The position numbers and the translations under genes were made by a program. From an uncultured Bacilli bacterium (GTDB lineage: Bacteria > Bacillota_I > Bacilli_A > RF39 > UBA660): DNA of 64,000 nucleotides. The DNA lies in the NCBI GenBank assembly GCA_934130175.1, contig CAKOXP010000008.1:181-64180 (forward strand), given 5' to 3'. Below are positions 63,056 to 64,000 of this stretch, one piece after another (the first letter of the stretch is position 1; each line of letters starts with the position of its first letter). The notes beneath the pieces were generated by a model. It searched no databases, was not told the DNA's origin, and saw nothing but the letters and a program-made list of their open reading frames with translations.

Positions 63056-63982
63056 TTATTTAATTTTTTCTATAACCCTAAGTTTTGCACTTCTTGCTCT
63101 CTTATTATTTTCTAATTCCTCTTTTGAAGGAAGTATAGCTTTATTAACTACTAATTTATAATCTGGTAAATATTCTTCTGGTATATTTGGAAGTCCTTTT
63201 ACTTTTATATCTATTTCACTAACATTCTTGAAATAGCGTTTTACAATTCTATCTTCTAGGGAGTGAAATGTAATTACAGCAACTCTTCCACCAACATTAA
63301 GCATGCTTAGAGCTTGTTCTAAGGCTGGTTCTATAACATCTAGTTCATGATTTACTTCAATTCTAATAGCTTGAAAAATCTGTTTTGCTGGATGTTTGTC
63401 TATTCTAAATTTCATAGGTACAGCTGTTTTAATTATTTCTGCTAACTCTAAAGTTGTTTCAATATTTTTTGTTTTCCTATACTCTATGATTTTATTGGCA
63501 ATATTTCTTGAAAACTTACTTTCTCCATAATCATTAAAGATTTTTGTAAGTTCTTCTTTGCTATAGGTGTTAACGACATCATAAGCACTAAAATCTTGTT
63601 CTTGATTCATTCTCATATCAAGTTTAGCATCCAAATGATAACTAAAACCTCTTTCTTGTTCATCTAGTTGTGGAGAAGATACTCCAAGGTCAAATAAACA
63701 AGCATCAACTTTTTCTACACCTAATTCATTTAATTTTTCTTTTAAATGAACAAAATTACTTTTAATGATAGTGAAGTTAGTACCAATCGAGTTTAAACGA
63801 TCAGTACTATACTTAATTGCTTCACTATCTTGATCGAAGGCGAATAGTCTTCCTCTTTTTATTCTTTTTAAAATTTCACTACTATGTCCTGCATAACCTA
63901 GTGTTGCATCAACAACAATACTATTTTCGTCTAAATTAAGAGCACTAACTGCTTCTTCTAATAAAACACTTATATGCTTCAT
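63056..63982 (-). CDS. rsmH: 16S rRNA (cytosine1402-N4)-methyltransferase
   Basis: HISVLLEE...DATLGYAGHS...DLGVSSPQLD...SLEDR motifs. Confidence 0.95.
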   Translation of the reverse strand: MKHISVLLEEAVSALNLDENSIVVDATLGYAGHSSEILKRIKRGRLFAFDQDSEAIKYSTDRLNSIGTNFTIIKSNFVHLKEKLNELGVEKVDACLFDLGVSSPQLDEQERGFSYHLDAKLDMRMNQEQDFSAYDVVNTYSKEELTKIFNDYGESKFSRNIANKIIEYRKTKNIETTLELAEIIKTAVPMKFRIDKHPAKQIFQAIRIEVNHELDVIEPALEQALSMLNVGGRVAVITFHSLEDRIVKRYFKNVSEIDIKVKGLPNIPEEYLPDYKLVVNKAILPSKEELENNKRARSAKLRVIEKIK

Positions 63983-64000
63983 AAATCTAGACCCCCATCA

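Noticed and set aside
977-63161. About 25 short opposite-strand track ORFs nested in long genes, for example 977..1261, 2212..2424, 4743..4967, 6764..7357, 18533..18748, 20608..20817, 21355..21666 and 26715..26966. Others are 27767..28243, 29968..30228, 30674..31908, 34169..34423, 37887..38111, 40188..40502, 43999..44214 and 46398..46583. The rest are 47593..47808, 54144..54374, 56238..56420, 57889..58104, 59348..59545, 61023..61250 and 62925..63161.
   Set aside because: These are shadow ORFs of well-supported genes. Their low-complexity Leu/Ile/Ser/Phe-rich translations are typical of antisense AT-rich coding sequence, and they have no SD sequences.
1-64000. Mollicutes-type genetic code (UGA = Trp), considered because of the extreme AT richness and Mycoplasma-like phase-variation features.
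   Set aside because: Conserved genes terminate at TGA (for example the ABC ATPase at 5757-5759 and yceD at 18763-18765). Trp positions in conserved motifs are TGG. Peptidoglycan genes are present.

Overview
Very AT-rich, standard-genetic-code (TGA used as stop, Trp = TGG) chromosomal segment of a walled low-GC Firmicute, possibly Erysipelotrichia/Bacilli-like. Almost all genes are on the minus strand. Core content includes uppP and a DUF368 gene, a CBS-type family II pyrophosphatase, addA/addB, rpmF-yceD, tmcAL-gmk, pyk, mutM-polA, lexA, rsmD with ylbD/E/F-like genes, and ftsK. It also includes murG-murB-divIB-ftsA-ftsZ, pheST and glyQS (both with T-box leaders), frr, tsf-rpsB, infC-rpmI-rplT (with an L20-type attenuator) and rsmH-ftsL-PBP2B. 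Accessory material sits between these blocks. (1) Three tandem ~350-bp cassettes split addB from addA. Each has a LexA-box promoter, a strong SD, a 27-aa hydrophobic peptide ORF and a convergent minus-strand terminator hairpin. I read this as a candidate SOS-induced type I toxin/antisense-RNA array. (2) A 49-aa membrane peptide is divergent from lexA, driven by a consensus promoter carrying a LexA-like box (SosA/YneA-like position). (3) A modular family of secreted proteins occupies six loci, recombining a TasA/SipW-type N-module, an NVQxAxD N-module and a Cys-rich GVRPxIEV C-module. Two members carry G9 homopolymers, one in the 5' coding region (currently out of frame) and one in a promoter spacer. 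(4) Ribosomal proteins S2 and L20 both carry Lys/Glu-rich C-terminal extensions ending in the same Rho_N/SAP-like motif. No rRNA, tRNA or CRISPR array was seen. All calls come from reading the sequence and the ORF track; no database search or computation was run.
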